From the NCBI GenBank assembly GCA_964016885.1, contig OZ024742.1, positions 214,706,001 through 214,770,000 on the forward strand: a stretch of DNA of 64,000 bases. The letters are read 5' to 3'. Shown piece by piece: positions 26,461 through 40,200 of this stretch (position 1 is the stretch's first letter; every line of letters starts with the position of its first letter). The translations under genes and the position numbers were made by a program. The notes beneath the pieces were generated by a model. It worked only from the letters and a program-made list of their open reading frames with translations. It ran no database searches and was not told where the DNA came from. Source of the stretch: Eledone cirrhosa. Taxonomy: Eukaryota.

Positions 26461-29400
26461 TGCATATATATATATTTGTCTATTTGGAATGTAATTAATC
26501 TCTTTTTCAAACGAAATGTGACAATGCATATATATTACTGTTATTTGAGTCATATGAGCTAATTGCAACTTTTGTTCTCTTAAGATTTAATTAGGTCTTT
26601 TTTATTTATTTAGATACTGCTTGATTATTTATTTATTTATTAGTGATAGCATTGTGTTTCTAATAAGTATTCTTTCTGCAAATATATTTCACCTTTCATT
26701 GCAATTCATTCTATAAATGATTAGAATTAACATTATATATGAAATGTATAATTACTTGTTTTTGAATGTAATTACAAAATGGCGGTCTGTTAAATTAACT
26801 CCATAATCATAATTTGATATTTCTCAATGTACTATTTGAAAGAATGTGTATTTTATCAAATTTCCCATAAAGTTATGAATGAACTTGATAAGCTTTGGTT
26901 TTATACAAGTAATATTAAATTTGTAAATAGTGATCTAATATTATTTGATATTTAAAATAATATATGTTGTAGAATTATGTTGTATCTATAAATTTAATAA
27001 TCGTAAGTCATTATGAAAATCGATTTGAATCAATAATATTAAAATAACTTTTATGTAGGCAATAATACTAGTTGCAGCAAACATTATACTATCAATTCGA
27101 AAAGTCTACTATTCACTTGTGGCCTTTTTTAGTTCGAAGTAATAATTTCCTCAGATAGCACAAGAATCACCCTCATCACTAAAGGAATAGAATCTAAGCC
27201 AATTGTGAAATCTCTGCGTAATATGATGTGTTGTTACTACTTTAAATAATGGTAAATCTACTATATATTGTATTAGTTTATAATAGATACATTCAACTAT
27301 CAATGATTCAATTTAAATCAATTTAATGTCCATGCAACAAGGTTCATCATTAAGGAAATCTGGGATGCTATATATGCAGCTATATAATATATGTAAAAAA
27401 GCTCAACTCTATTATTTAGCCCATTATGTATTGAGCATTTTATGAATAATTTATAATGAGATCGAATGCAATCAATGTGTTTTAACTAATTACTATTTGT
27501 GGTAAGTTAATAATTAAGCCCTTTAAGATATTTGTCTGTGTTTTTTCCTCGCCATGGTATAAAAGAACAGATACGATATTTTGAAACACTGAATTCTTTC
27601 CCATTCCCAAACTCATTGGATATCCATATTGTACTCTTCCCAAAAATGCAAACATAAACGACACTATCCCTTAGCGAATGTGTATTCAGTGTAATCCATA
27701 TTTCTCTGTGTATCTATGGCTAACAAATTTGATTACTCTCAAAGTTGCATTAACCCATGTGTACTCAGTTTAATCCATATTTCCTGTTTTCCTATTGCTA
27801 ATACATTATTTGTTGTTCCTATGAACAAGCTATATATACATTATACCGACATAGTTCCATTCGTTCTAAGCATCTCACATGTCACTACCATCCCACACTG
27901 TACATCTTGCTCTACATCTCATAGTAAACGTTAAAGGCCAAATCGTTTCATCGTTGAAGAGAGACTCTCTGTAATATGAATATTGCATATTTGTTTTTCT
28001 AGAGAATCCATGCATTATTCCATATCCAACTTTAATATTTCCATAAATTTGATGTTTGAAATTTGTTATATACGTTTCATTACAAGTTGCACCAAAACAC
28101 GTATTTTATGGAAAATAAGATCATATTTGCATGGGTTAGAAAGTTTTGTCCGACAGATACATTTATATAAACATTTTATTTGAAGGGTTTTTGTATCAGT
28201 TCAAATCAATATTCAAATTATAAACACCAGTTGCCCCAACTGCTGTATTTTGAATCCAAATCAACATGGTACATAATTGACACCCTAAAATATTAAGGAA
28301 ATGACAGAATATTTGATTTAAATTTATATCACCATACAAATCCGAGCTGGTCATAGCCAGAATGCCTTTTAGCATAATTGTCTTCAATCAAACTGGACCT
28401 AAAACGACCCCTCAAAATGCTCAATAATATTAAAAATGGCTGCCTATGTCTATCCATCATACATACACAGGTATTTAAGTAATCACACATATATACAAAA
28501 TGCAATATATTATGTCAAAGTTAAGTAGGCAGAATGCAGAACAAATCGTTATAGCCTCTCCCATAGCGGAGTGATTGATTCTGTGCTTCTTTTCTTTCAA
28601 TGAATCCTGTATGCGCCTGTAGAGAAAAATAGAATTCGTTGTGATTGGAAATTTGAACAAAACAAGGCAACTCAAACAGTTCCCTGTGGAGTTTAATTAA
28701 TTTTAAGTAGATACATGAAGTAGGCAGGTGTCGAAAGACCTGCTGCAATAACCTTAAAAAAAAAAGGTTCAAGCCAAGCTTACTAAACTCAGCTATAGCG
28801 TTATATATAGAAGAATTAAATAATCATTCGTCTGAAAGAACGTTTTGATAAGTGTGTTATTCGATTTTGTGAAACACCGTAGTACAATACTATATGCAGG
28901 GCGTTTACCTTTCGTGTTAATCTCAAATAAGCATAATAGAAACTTCACTCAAGATCTTAACTGACACACAATAAGGCCCGTCAACCGGTAATCTATTATG
29001 TGTATGTGTGTATGTGTGTGTGAGAAAGATTTATTTTTCTTCGTTTCATGCATATATTGACTGGCCACCAACTTGTTGGCATTTAAATAAAATAATTTTT
29101 CCGTCTTCAGCCGCGCAACTATTCATTTCCTTTATTTTTATAATAATGTTTTATAGATTTTCAAAGTCCTAGATATCATGACTTTTGGTTGTTTATCAAT
29201 TATAGATGTGTTCTCTCTACATGATTCCAGTGTTTGTGTTATTTTCTCGATTGCCAAATTATATTCTAGAAAGTGAGAGATAGATCCACGATGGATTAAT
29301 TTTGTTATCTATCAAACTCTCATTTTGAATATTTAATCAACATAGACATATAAGACTTTATGCTGATAAGCGTAAAACTCCTCATCCGCTGGTCAGTGGC

Positions 29401-31400
29401 AGTAGTATGTGTGGTTTTTGGTCATTATTCAGTGAGTATTTCTCAAGATGTTCCTTCCTAACTCTCAACATTTCCTGCCCTGTGTAAACATAGTTGTTCT
29501 ATTAATAGGCTTTTACGCTTTGTGTTTAGTAAATGTAGTAGACGAAATATAATACATCATTTAAAGCTGTTTGGATCGCGGTTAATCCCCTGCCACACTT
29601 TTTGCAATATCACACTCTATCTAGTTTGCTGCAACGATTACAAATGTATATTTCCATTCAGAGCAGTAATTAACATAGCTGTGTGCACACCTCATCGTAA
29701 ATTGTCAGTAACACTAAGCCTATGCAATATTTTCTTTTTATACATTTGTAATATTTTATTCGATGGTATCATCTAATTTCCTTCGAATTAAGATATAACA
29801 TATGCATTTTTATCCACCAAAATTATGAATGAATTGTTACTTTGGCCATTCTTGGGTGCCCAGAAGCTGTTTCCACACATAACATGTTATGCCATTTAAA
29901 TATGCTTCCCTACATAAATGCTTTCGTTTTGACAGTCTCATCTTTAATAGAATTTGTTGAATTGGAACGAAAATTAATCAGACTGTTTTGTTTTATGTTA
30001 ATAACATTGCTAGTTTATGTACGGTATCTAGAATTGCTATGTAGAATACTCAGAGCTAGTCACTAAAATAGTATCCTTTCTCTACTTAATTTGTATTCAA
30101 AATCTCCATGCAAATGATAATAATTCTAAAATGGTATATATTTTATTTCTGTCTCTTATTTTCAATTTGATTTATCACTATTATTTCTCTTTACATATTT
30201 TATGTTGAGGTATCATGCCAGATGTTTCCTAGCTGCAATTGTCATAAAACATTATTGTGTGACAATCAAATTTGACAATAGCAAAGGAATAATTTCAGAC
30301 AGCTTTAGATTTAACGTTCGCATGATTGGAGCTATTATAGGAACTGCATTCTCAAACTCTTTATCAATACAGCAAACCTTTAAGACATTTTTGTAAGATC
30401 CATTTTTCTCGATCGTATTCAGTAATCTTTCGCCAAATTAACTTGTGAACTTGTCATTTTAAACATTTCTACATTCCTTTATCATTTGCTACAGTATAGC
30501 TGCGCTTTTATGTTATGCAAATCCCCAGGCATTGAAAATATATTAAAAAAACTGAATATTAATGGTATAAAAATATATGGTAAAATAATAGAAAAAATTA
30601 TGTTCAGTTCATGCATGCGTGGTTTTCAAACTTAATATCTTAGAACAGCTTGAATGAAACAAGCGCCATTTTGTCTGTATTGATAGCTACGTTCTTTATA
30701 TTCTAAATACCAATTCTACATCCATTGAATTCTAACAGAACATGTTTCGGTTTTTCTCTTTCAAAACGGCTGAAATCACGAAATACATATTCAATCATTG
30801 ATATGATATACTGTCAAAAATCACTTTATTTAAAATGAACAATTATATGTTTATAGTTTAAATTAAATAATTTCCTATTCTGTGAGAAACGATGAGTAAG
30901 CTAGAAGAAAAAAAAAACCGTTTCAGATATTCTCAAAGGATACAGAAAATAATGTCAGGAAGATAAATAGAAGGGTGAATGTAAGCAAAACCTATATGAT
31001 AAATGTTCGCAAACGAAGTAAGAAATAATGATGTGCAATCGAAAATAATGGTACAATAATAATCATTGCATAATATTGAATGAATTATTATTGATCTGCG
31101 ATATAATATATTCAAAACCGTGAGAGGCTTCATGAACAAATATTTAATACGCAATATGTATATGTGTGTGTAAGAGGGGGTGGGTGGGCAATGCGACGCG
31201 TGTGTGATATATATGTTTATTTATGTATACATGTATATGTATGTGTGCTTGCATAAGTGTGTGTTTGTGTGAATGCATGTGTATGTATATATCTACCTTT
31301 ACTTGGTCGTGAAATAAAGAGTTTTATATAAAATATGATGAAGAGGTGGGAGAAGTGGAGAACATGAAGAATGAGGTGGAAGAGGAGGAGGAGGAGGGGG

Positions 31401-31432
<32 letters not shown>
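31401..31432. repeat. (AAT)n tract at the 3' junction of Tx1-like copy 1
   Basis: Direct reading. Confidence 0.95.
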
Positions 31433-31434
<2 letters not shown>

Positions 31435-34400
31435 TTTCATTTATTATCCACAAGAACCGACAGGTAGAGGACAATACAAAGACAGGGACAGTGGGGGTTT
31501 ACAATAAGGTCGAGTAAAGGTGCACAATGGCAAGACTAATTTAACAATGAAAATAGAAAAATATAAAATAAACTATGCATAAATATAACAAAATAAATTC
31601 CCCGATAGGGGGTGGACGACCCTGGGGTGACTCGGGTACCCCACCAATCCTGAACCACCCAGCGCTTCTAGAGCACCTCTCTCCTCATGTTAGCCAGCCT
31701 ATAAGCATATGGTCAGAGTAGGCCCATTCACACGAGCCATTCTCGCCGCATTCACCCACCTTTTAGCAAATGTATTGGGGGGGGGCTTCTCACTCCACCC
31801 TCACCTTCCTTTCGCAACTGCCACCAGGCAGAGGACAATTTCCTGCTCTTCCTGACCAAAGGAAGGCGGTGGATCGATCTTCACTATGGACTCGGCCGAT
31901 AGCCGGATTTGTTCCACACGCGATTGTAGCTGTTCGACATAACTCCACAAGTCAGTAATGCACGGACATTGGACAAGTGCGTGCAGAACGGTTTCGTCGT
32001 TCCGTGCGCATCTTGGGAAGGTCCGTCTGACAGCACTTCCATACCTGTAGAGTTTATCCCGAACCAGCAGTGCCCACCGGTAGCACTGCCAAGCGAGGGG
32101 TTTCTGGAAATTGTCAATCGGCCGCTGCTCAAAAGTCCTCCGGATATAAATTGATCAGTGCTCCACCGAAGCCAGGTTTACACCTTACCCTCTCTATGAT
32201 GTATCGCATGAGGTGGAGATTGTCGTGTATGGACCTGGCTGGGATTGCGCAAGTTTGCGCCTCCCCAACCAAATCCTCGACGACAAGCGCCAATCTCTTT
32301 GCTAAAACCTTGGCCAAAATCTTAAACTCTGTGTTGAGCAGAGTTATGGGCCTGAAGTTGTCTAATGTATCCCTCTTGTTCTCGTCTTTCCTTATTAGCA
32401 TCACCACTCCCCTGCTCACAGAACTGGGAATACTCCCATTCTGCTGCAAGTTGCCGTAAAGTGCTTCGAGGAGTTCGGAGAACAAGTCTGGCATATTAAC
32501 GTAAACCTCGTAGGGCAGGCCATCCAAACCGGGTGACTTGCGCCTTATGCAGCCGACAAGGGCGTCCTGAATTTCGGCTGAAGTAATCGGCCTTTCGCAG
32601 CGCTCAGCGTCGACCGTCGAGATGCGCGGCAAGCCGTAACGATAGGGACTGAAATCTGCTACTCTCTCTGACTCGCCACTCTCTCCGAACAACCGAGCAA
32701 AGTGCTAGCGAAAGGCCTCACACATCCGCTTGGAATCGCTTATGTCGTGTCCGACTCGGTCCGCCAAAGACCGAATTGTGGTTTTATTACCACGCTACAC
32801 CTCCGCCACGCGGGCCCATCGAACAGCTTTGGTTCCCTCGTTTCTCAGCGCACGCACCTTAGCTCTGACAATGCAACCTTCGTGTTTCTCATTGAAGAAA
32901 TGGTCTAAAGCCATTCTCGCTGCTAGCACGTCAGTTGCAATGCCACTACAAATAGCCTCGTCTAACTTATCTACCAGCTCCCCCTCCTTTCTATTTTTCT
33001 CTAACGCTAGTTCTTTGCTCAACTCTATCGAAGTTACTCTAATCTCTCTTTTGAGAGCCCCCCCACCATCTGTTGTTGATGATCCCCCATGTGAACTTTT
33101 GTTTAACTAAATTGTTGACTCGGTTCCTGTAAATCTTACGTGCCGGAAATGACATGTTCAGCTTCCAGTAACCCGGTCCTAACCTACGCGTTTTATCTAG
33201 GTCGACCATACAGATCACAAATTTGTGATCTGAATAGGCGACCGTTTTAAAAAATGGGCAGCCCACACTATTTCTATCTATTTTCCTAATGAAGATCCTG
33301 TCTATATACGATCTAGATGACCCCATTCGGTTATCCATGTCCATACTGGCACATTGGGGAAATCTAGTCGATACCTGTCAGACAGTTGGAACTGGTTGAG
33401 TAGGTGCTTGAGGCTTTTGCACCCCTCACTCCTATCGACTACCCCCACACAATCCCAGCGTGCGTCTAAGATGCCATTCCAGTTCGCCGCTAACAGTAAA
33501 GGGCGAGACGTACCAAAAAGGTCTTCAGGCGCCTAAAGAAGTCCGGTTGTCCGGGTCCCTCTAGGGGCGTAGACGGCCAGCAGTCTAAAGGCACCACCTT
33601 CGCTACTGCTCACATCCAAGACCACCAACTTACCGTCCGAGTCCCGGAAGATCGACCTTATCTCGAGATCCAGTCCTTTCCTAAACAGCACTGCCACACC
33701 ACCCCCCATTCCCGGTCTGCTAACAGATGCGAATATTTGATAGTCGTCGAAAATGGGGGCTAGTATGCGCGTGCCGGAAATTCTTATCTCGCTGACGGCA
33801 ATCACATCCATTTCCAGTGACCTGAGGTCGTTGAGCAGGCGACCCTGCTTCCAGGGTGACCCCAGGCCAGGAACATTTAAACTTCCTCCTCTTAATATGG
33901 CCATATTGGTAAGCTAAGAGAGAGAGGGAAGGTTTACTTACCTCCCAGGGTCTTGTGAAGGTCGGGTGGTTCGACCTCCATGGTTGGTGGGGTTTCTTTT
34001 GGGAACCCCTTTAAAAGTCTTGATGTGGGTTTCACATTCGGGGTTCCCACGTCTTGAGGAAAGCTCTCTCGAATTTCTTTGAAGGAATTGAGTGACATTC
34101 GGACCAGAAGCAAATCTTCTGGGACGCAAAATATGCTCATTTCAAAAATCTTCCCCTCTGTTAGAATGCCCTCGCTTCGTGCTAAGAGGGCCATCAGTTT
34201 ATCGTTGGCCCTTCTGACAAGCACGAAGTTTTTCACATTTTGTTGGTGTGGTTTTATTTGTTTTCATTTTGGTGACTGTGGTGGTGGTGGTTTTGGTGGT
34301 ATTGTTTCAGGTATGTCTGTGTTTGTTGTAGGTGTGGTGTCTGCAATTTCAGGTATTTGTGTATTTATTTGTACTTGTGTTTGTTTAGGTTGTTTGCGTT

Positions 34401-35848
34401 TCGGGGATTGTGGAGGAGGTGTCGATGTTGCTGTTGATGATGATGTTATTGGGGAAGCGTTTGCGTTAGTGGTGTCTGTATTTTTTGTTGTGTATGTTTT
34501 TCAGTTTTGTTGGGGCTTTTTTTTGTGAGCTTTCTCTGTTTTTTGGCACTTTTGGGTTTTCCTTCATCTTCGCTGCTGGAAGACAAAGGGTCTGTGGCTG
34601 TGAGTGTCTCTGTGTCTGTGTGTGCGCTTAATGTTTTGTCTATGTGTATAACTGGGGTAGTGGGAGTGGGAGAGCTTTCCTCGTTTTCACCTTGGATTGG
34701 TTTTGGTGTTGGTGGTGATCCGGCTGTTTTTGATGTTGGTGTCCGTGTTTTTGTTGGTGTTGTTTTTGGTGGTGGTGGTGGTGGTGGTGCAGCTTTCCGT
34801 GCTGACACTGGCGTTGGCAACAAAGGAGGTTTGCGACCCCTGCAATTTTACGTTGAGGACAGAAGGCTTGCAGATGCGTTGCTTCCCCGCAGAAGAATCA
34901 GTGTGGCATTCTTCCGTCAATGATTAGTTGGATTGTTGTCCCGTCCTGCAGGCGGGCAAAATCCGGGATGTTGTTCATGTCCTCCGGTTTCATTTGGAGA
35001 AGAATCTCCAAATCCATTCCGGACCAGTCCTCTCTCTCTGTCCTTTTGATATCCAGGAGGGTAGTGTCTGTCCCCTCCTCGATTACGCATCCCAGCAGCC
35101 ACCATATGTTCATTCCTGGTGGGATGCTGGGAATGCGTACCTTTATTGTCCTTTTACCTATGTAGGATAGCTGCATGATAATGCGTTCCGTTCTGCAGGA
35201 GGTCACCAAGTGCTTAATAGCGAGGGCCTCGGCTTTGAACAGTACCAAGATGGTACCGAACTGTTTGCCCCTTGCTTTATACTCCATGTTACTTCCGATG
35301 TACTCCAAAGCAGCCTCGACCTCTGCTTGGCTGGCAAGTTCCACTTTTCGTGTCTGCACCGAAATGCATCGAAAGAACACCGTCCTCCTTTGCATGGCCG
35401 CTATTGCCGCGTCCGGGATGGTCAGGTTTGCCCAGGACTTCTCCCGTTTAATTAGCATCGACGCTTGAGCCAACTGTTCGTCTTTATCGCTAATATCAAT
35501 ATCAATATTCAATAAGGGCTTTGTTTTTGCTGCTGCTGCAGCAAATGTGGTGCTTCTGATGCTCTTATTGTTGGTGTTGTCATTGTTGCTGTTGTTATTG
35601 GTGTTGTTGTTGTTGTTTTGTTTGTTGATGGTGTTGCCACCGCCATCCGTGTTTACATTGAAGCTGTCGGTGTTATTGTCATTATTGCTCTGAGTTGTTG
35701 TTGTTGTGGTGGTGGTGGTGGCGGTGGTGGTGATGTCGTTTTCAGATGATACTGCTGCTATCACAGAAGGTTGTGATGGTAGCTTTTTAGTTTTGCCTTC
35801 ACATTCAGTAGAGTGGATGACAGGCATGACTGTAGCCGTCGTAGTCAT
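31433..35848 (-). mobile_element. Tx1/L1-clade non-LTR retrotransposon copy 1 (ORF1 + APE + RT with internal deletion)
   Basis: APE GSLNV-GL, DVIAVSE, AVYAP, SYIDRIF, YSDHK, GPGYWKLN; RT KSPGLDGLP, FRPITLLNTEFKILAK, cut after ALINL at ~32145 and joined to the C-terminal region. Confidence 0.88.
34446..35848 (-). pseudogene. Tx1 ORF1 (RNA-binding protein with zinc knuckle)
   Basis: 316-aa ORF followed by a broken knuckle *FFCGEATHLQAFC and a Pro/Thr-rich tail; homologous to ORF1 of copy 2. Confidence 0.75.
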
Positions 35849-37167
35849 GGAAAATTGACACTGAAGAAGGATACAAGTATTTGGGTGTTCTGGCGGCTGA
35901 TGACATCAAGAACAAAAAAATGAAGGAATTGATAAGATCTGAATACATTCGGAGAGTAAGGAGCGTATTAAAGTCACATTTGAAGAGTAGGAATGCCATA
36001 AGTGCAGTAAATTTCCGAGCCGTGTGTATTATTAGGTACAGTGCGGGAATTCTGAGATGGAATGTTGCAGAACAAAAATAAATGGATAGGAAGACTAGGA
36101 AGCTATTGACTATCTACAACATGTTCCACAAGAGGAGTGATGTCGATAGACTCTACTTAAGGTGGAAGATGTCTTATCAGCATAGAGGACTGTTTTCAGA
36201 TGGAGAAAAGCAAACTACACAAATACGTGACCGATAGTAAGGAGCCAATGCTCAGAATTGTACTGTAGGAGAGGACAATAGACCAGGGGCTGTCCAAGGA
36301 GGAAATAACGTCAAGGAGTAAGAGCAGCCTTCAAGAAAAATCCCTTCATAGTACCTTCTTTGAGAAAACTGAATTCAGAGATCCACAGACATGGAACTGG
36401 TTGAAAAGAGGAGACCTTAAAAAGGCTATAGAAGGAATGTTAATGGCTGCGCAAGAGCAGGCCCTCAAAATGAAGTGGTTGAAACACCATATTTACAAGG
36501 AGGAGGCTAGCCTACTGTTCAGGATCTGTGGAGAGAGAGAGAGAGGAGACTGTGGCTCACATTGTATCCGCGCGTAAACACCTAGCACAGTCTCACTATA
36601 AAGGCTGGAGACATGATGTGATGGGCAGGGTGATCCACTGGCATCTATGCAAAGTAAACAATTTACCACATTCTGAGAAGTGGAATGAGCATAAGCAAGA
36701 GTCTGTGATAGAAAACGATCAGGTGAAGGAGCTGTGGGATTTTAGGATACAGACGGACACGAAACTGGAACACCATAGCCCTGGCCTGGTGGTTTGGGAC
36801 AAGGGAAAAAGATCGTGCCTGACTGTGGATGTGGCCTGCCCATTTGACACGAGTGTGCAAGAGAAGGAGAGGGAGAAAATTAACCGATACCAGGACTTAA
36901 AGTGGGAGGTAAAAAGGATTTGGTACTGCCATGAAGTCAAAGTGGCCATAGGCGCACTAGGTACTATCTCAAAAAGTTTCCAAGGATGGTTAAATACAAT
37001 TGGCCCCGCCCCGCTTTTTGGAACACTTCAAATAGCATGCTTGCTGGGAACAGTAAGAACCCTGCGATACGTCCTGAATATCTGAGGCTGCAGGTAGTGG
37101 CTTGATATTCATTTCAACGACCTTTCCAGTTAACTAACATCAATAACTAAGACACAAAGAACAACAA
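35849..37167 (+). mobile_element. R4/Dong-clade element family 1, 3' fragment with RLE endonuclease
   Basis: YKYLG, ETVAHIVS, RHD, LWDFRIQTD, VDVACPFD, EKINRYQDL, IGALG; ends at (AAT)n 37168-37222. Confidence 0.88.
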
Positions 37168-37168
37168 C

Positions 37169-37222
<54 letters not shown>

Positions 37223-37223
<1 letters not shown>

Positions 37224-40200
37224 CCGTCTTTATAAACCACAAGGGTTTACATAAAGTAGACATTAAGGACAGTACAGGACAATACAGGACGGTACAAATG
37301 GGCATTTCTGCTTGTAAAAAAAAACAGAGGATGTAATAAAAAAATAACAATGAAAAAATCCCCAATAGGGGATGGGGGAGACTTCCGTGGGACATTTGTG
37401 GAGAAAGCCCATTAAAAAGCCACAGTGACCCTGACCACCAGGGCAAGTGCCCTCTCCCAGTTTTCCACCTTTAATTTAAAGACACATACTCAGAAAAGGC
37501 CCATTCACTCGGGCCATACTTGCTTCTCTCACCCATCTTTCAACAAAATGCTAGGAGAAGAGTACTTCCCTCTCTACTCTGTTTTTCCTTTTCAAATGAA
37601 ATTTGAGAAAGTTAATCAGGGCATCACCGAAGAGGTAAGTGCTCGTCTTCAGCCCTTTCAAACGTGTCCACCATACTATCTCTTTCGCAATTGCCACCAG
37701 ACAGATAAAAACTGCCTGCCCTTCCCGGCTAAAGAAAGAAGGCGGGGCAATCCTCACGATGGACTCAGCTGTAAGCTGGATCCGTCCTACACGTGACAGC
37801 AGGTGTTCGACATAAACCTACAAGTCAGCAATGCTCGGACACTGGACGAGTGCGTGCAGAACGGTTTCGTCGCCCTGTGCGCATCTCGGAAATGCCCGGC
37901 TGACGGCACCTCCATGCCTGTAGAGTTTATCCCGAACTGGCAAGGCTCCTCGGTAGCACTCCCAGACCAGGGATTTCTGGAAATTGTCCATTGGCCGTGG
38001 CGCGAAAGTTCTTCCGAAGAGATTGGCTAGTTGATTGGCTAGAGTTTCCACAAGTACGTCGTCGCTCTTCCCCTCCACTCATCCTCTATAGAACGCCGAG
38101 GTGGAGTTTCCACCGATCACATTGCCCGATTGGTCCGAGGCTGTGAGCGCCTGAAGACATTCCAGTCTCAAGCGCTGCCTTTCGTTCTTCGCTTGACTCA
38201 AGATTGCAGCTCCGTCAAGGAGACGAGCTGGGGAAAGACGCGTCTAGCAGACGGCGACCACATCTGATTACCGTCGATGAAGAGGTGGAGATGTCGTAGC
38301 CAGAGCGTGTGTCTGCGCATCATCAGCCACGGCATGGCCAGCCCTCCTGGTAGCGGGTGTTGACGACAGATGGACCGCCTGACCATCGGAGCGCGTCCCT
38401 TCCACAAAAAGCGAAAGAGCAAACGCTCCAGCGCAGTCAGGCGGGGTTTAGGACAATGTACGACGGTCAGGTGGTAGTAGATGACGGACACGATATACGC
38501 GTTAGCCATCTCCGCTCGACCTTTCAGGGATAGCTTCCCCTCCGCCCATTTCTAGGTGAGAGAAGCCACCATGCTCGTCACCTCGTCCCAGTTTTTGTCC
38601 GTCTGGAGGTCCGGACTTAACCAGACTCCTTGCAATTTAACCGGTCCGTCCGTCCAGCGCCCAACGACGCTGTTGGACGGCATGGACCTGCCTCTCCAGG
38701 TGCCGAGCTGCAGGCCCACTGACTTTTCCTGGTTGATCATTGCTCCTGTCACCGCTTCGTATTCTCTTAGTGTAATGTCGATCGCCTCGATGTGTCGGGC
38801 GTTCGACACCGCTACGGTGACATCGTCCGCATATGCTGACACGGATCTTCCGCATCCTAGTTCGCGCGGGACGCCCCTCAATGGCTCGAGAGTCAATACG
38901 TACAAGAGGTAGGAGAGGGGACATCCTTGGCGGACCGAGCGCATGATGTTGAACGGTTCCGAAAGGTGACCGTTCACTCTCACCACTGAGCAGATGTCGC
39001 TGTGCATGGCAGCGACCAGCCTCTGAAGACGGGTCCAAAGCTAGCCGCCTTCAGCACTGCCGCTATGTAACGATGGTCGACCCTATCGAAACCTTTCTGC
39101 TGATCTAAACTGATCAAGGACCCACCCGTGCTAGTTTCCCTAGCTATCCTCTCTACGATGTATCGCATGAGGTGGATGTTGTCGTGGATGGATCTATCGG
39201 GAATGGCACATGTCTGCGCCTCTCCCACCAGACCACCAACGACAAGCGCCAGCTCTTTGCTAGCACCTTGTCCAAAATCTTGAACTCTGAGTTTAGCAGA
39301 GTTATGGGCCTGAAATTATCTATGTTATCCCTCTTGTTCGGATCCTTTCTCAGCAGCGCCACCGCTCCTTGGCTCACAGAGCTGGGAATTCTCCCGTTCT
39401 GTTGCCAGTTGCAGTGGACATCCGCCAATATGCCTCCGAACAAGTCTGGCATCTGTACGTAAATTTAAAAGGCAGACCATCCAAACCAGGGGATTTACCC
39501 CTTGTGCAGCCAGTCATTGGCTCCTGTACTTCAGCGGCTTTTATCGGCTTTTCGCAACACTCCGCCTCAGTGGCCGAGAGCCGCGGCAGTCCTTCGAGGT
39601 AGACACTAAAGTCCATCCCTCGACCCGGCCCACCGCTGCTCCCGAACAGCTGAGCGAAGTGTCGCTGAAAAGCTTCACACATTTGCCCGGGATCGAGTAG
39701 CATGCGCCCGTCGTGGTCCACCAAAGACCGGATCGTGGCTTTGTTGCCACGACGTGCCTCCGCCACTCGGGCCCATTGAACGGCTTTCGTCCCCTCGTGT
39801 CTGAGAGCACGCACCCTACCACGCAGCCTTCGTGCTTTGCATTGAAGAATTGGTCAAGGGCCAATTTCGCCGCAAGTACGTTTCATTTTAATGTTTGTCT
39901 ATTGTTTGGGTGATATTCTTACCAGCCTTATGTTTGTTGGTGCTTTGATTGGTTCTGGTATTATGTAGTCGTGCTGTGAAATGTCTGTGTGTTCAATTAT
40001 GTAAGTCATTAGTTTCTTGTTGTGTGTATTTATTGGTGTGCATTTGTTTTTCTGGGGGTGTGGTGTGGTTCTGCTATTATCTTGTCGTTGTTGCAGGGTG
40101 TGTGTGTTTTGTTGTTGTGTTTACGATGTTGGTGCTTGTGGTGGTGGTGTTGAAGGTGTTGTTGTTGTTTACGGTGGGGTTGCCGCCGGTGGTGATGGTG

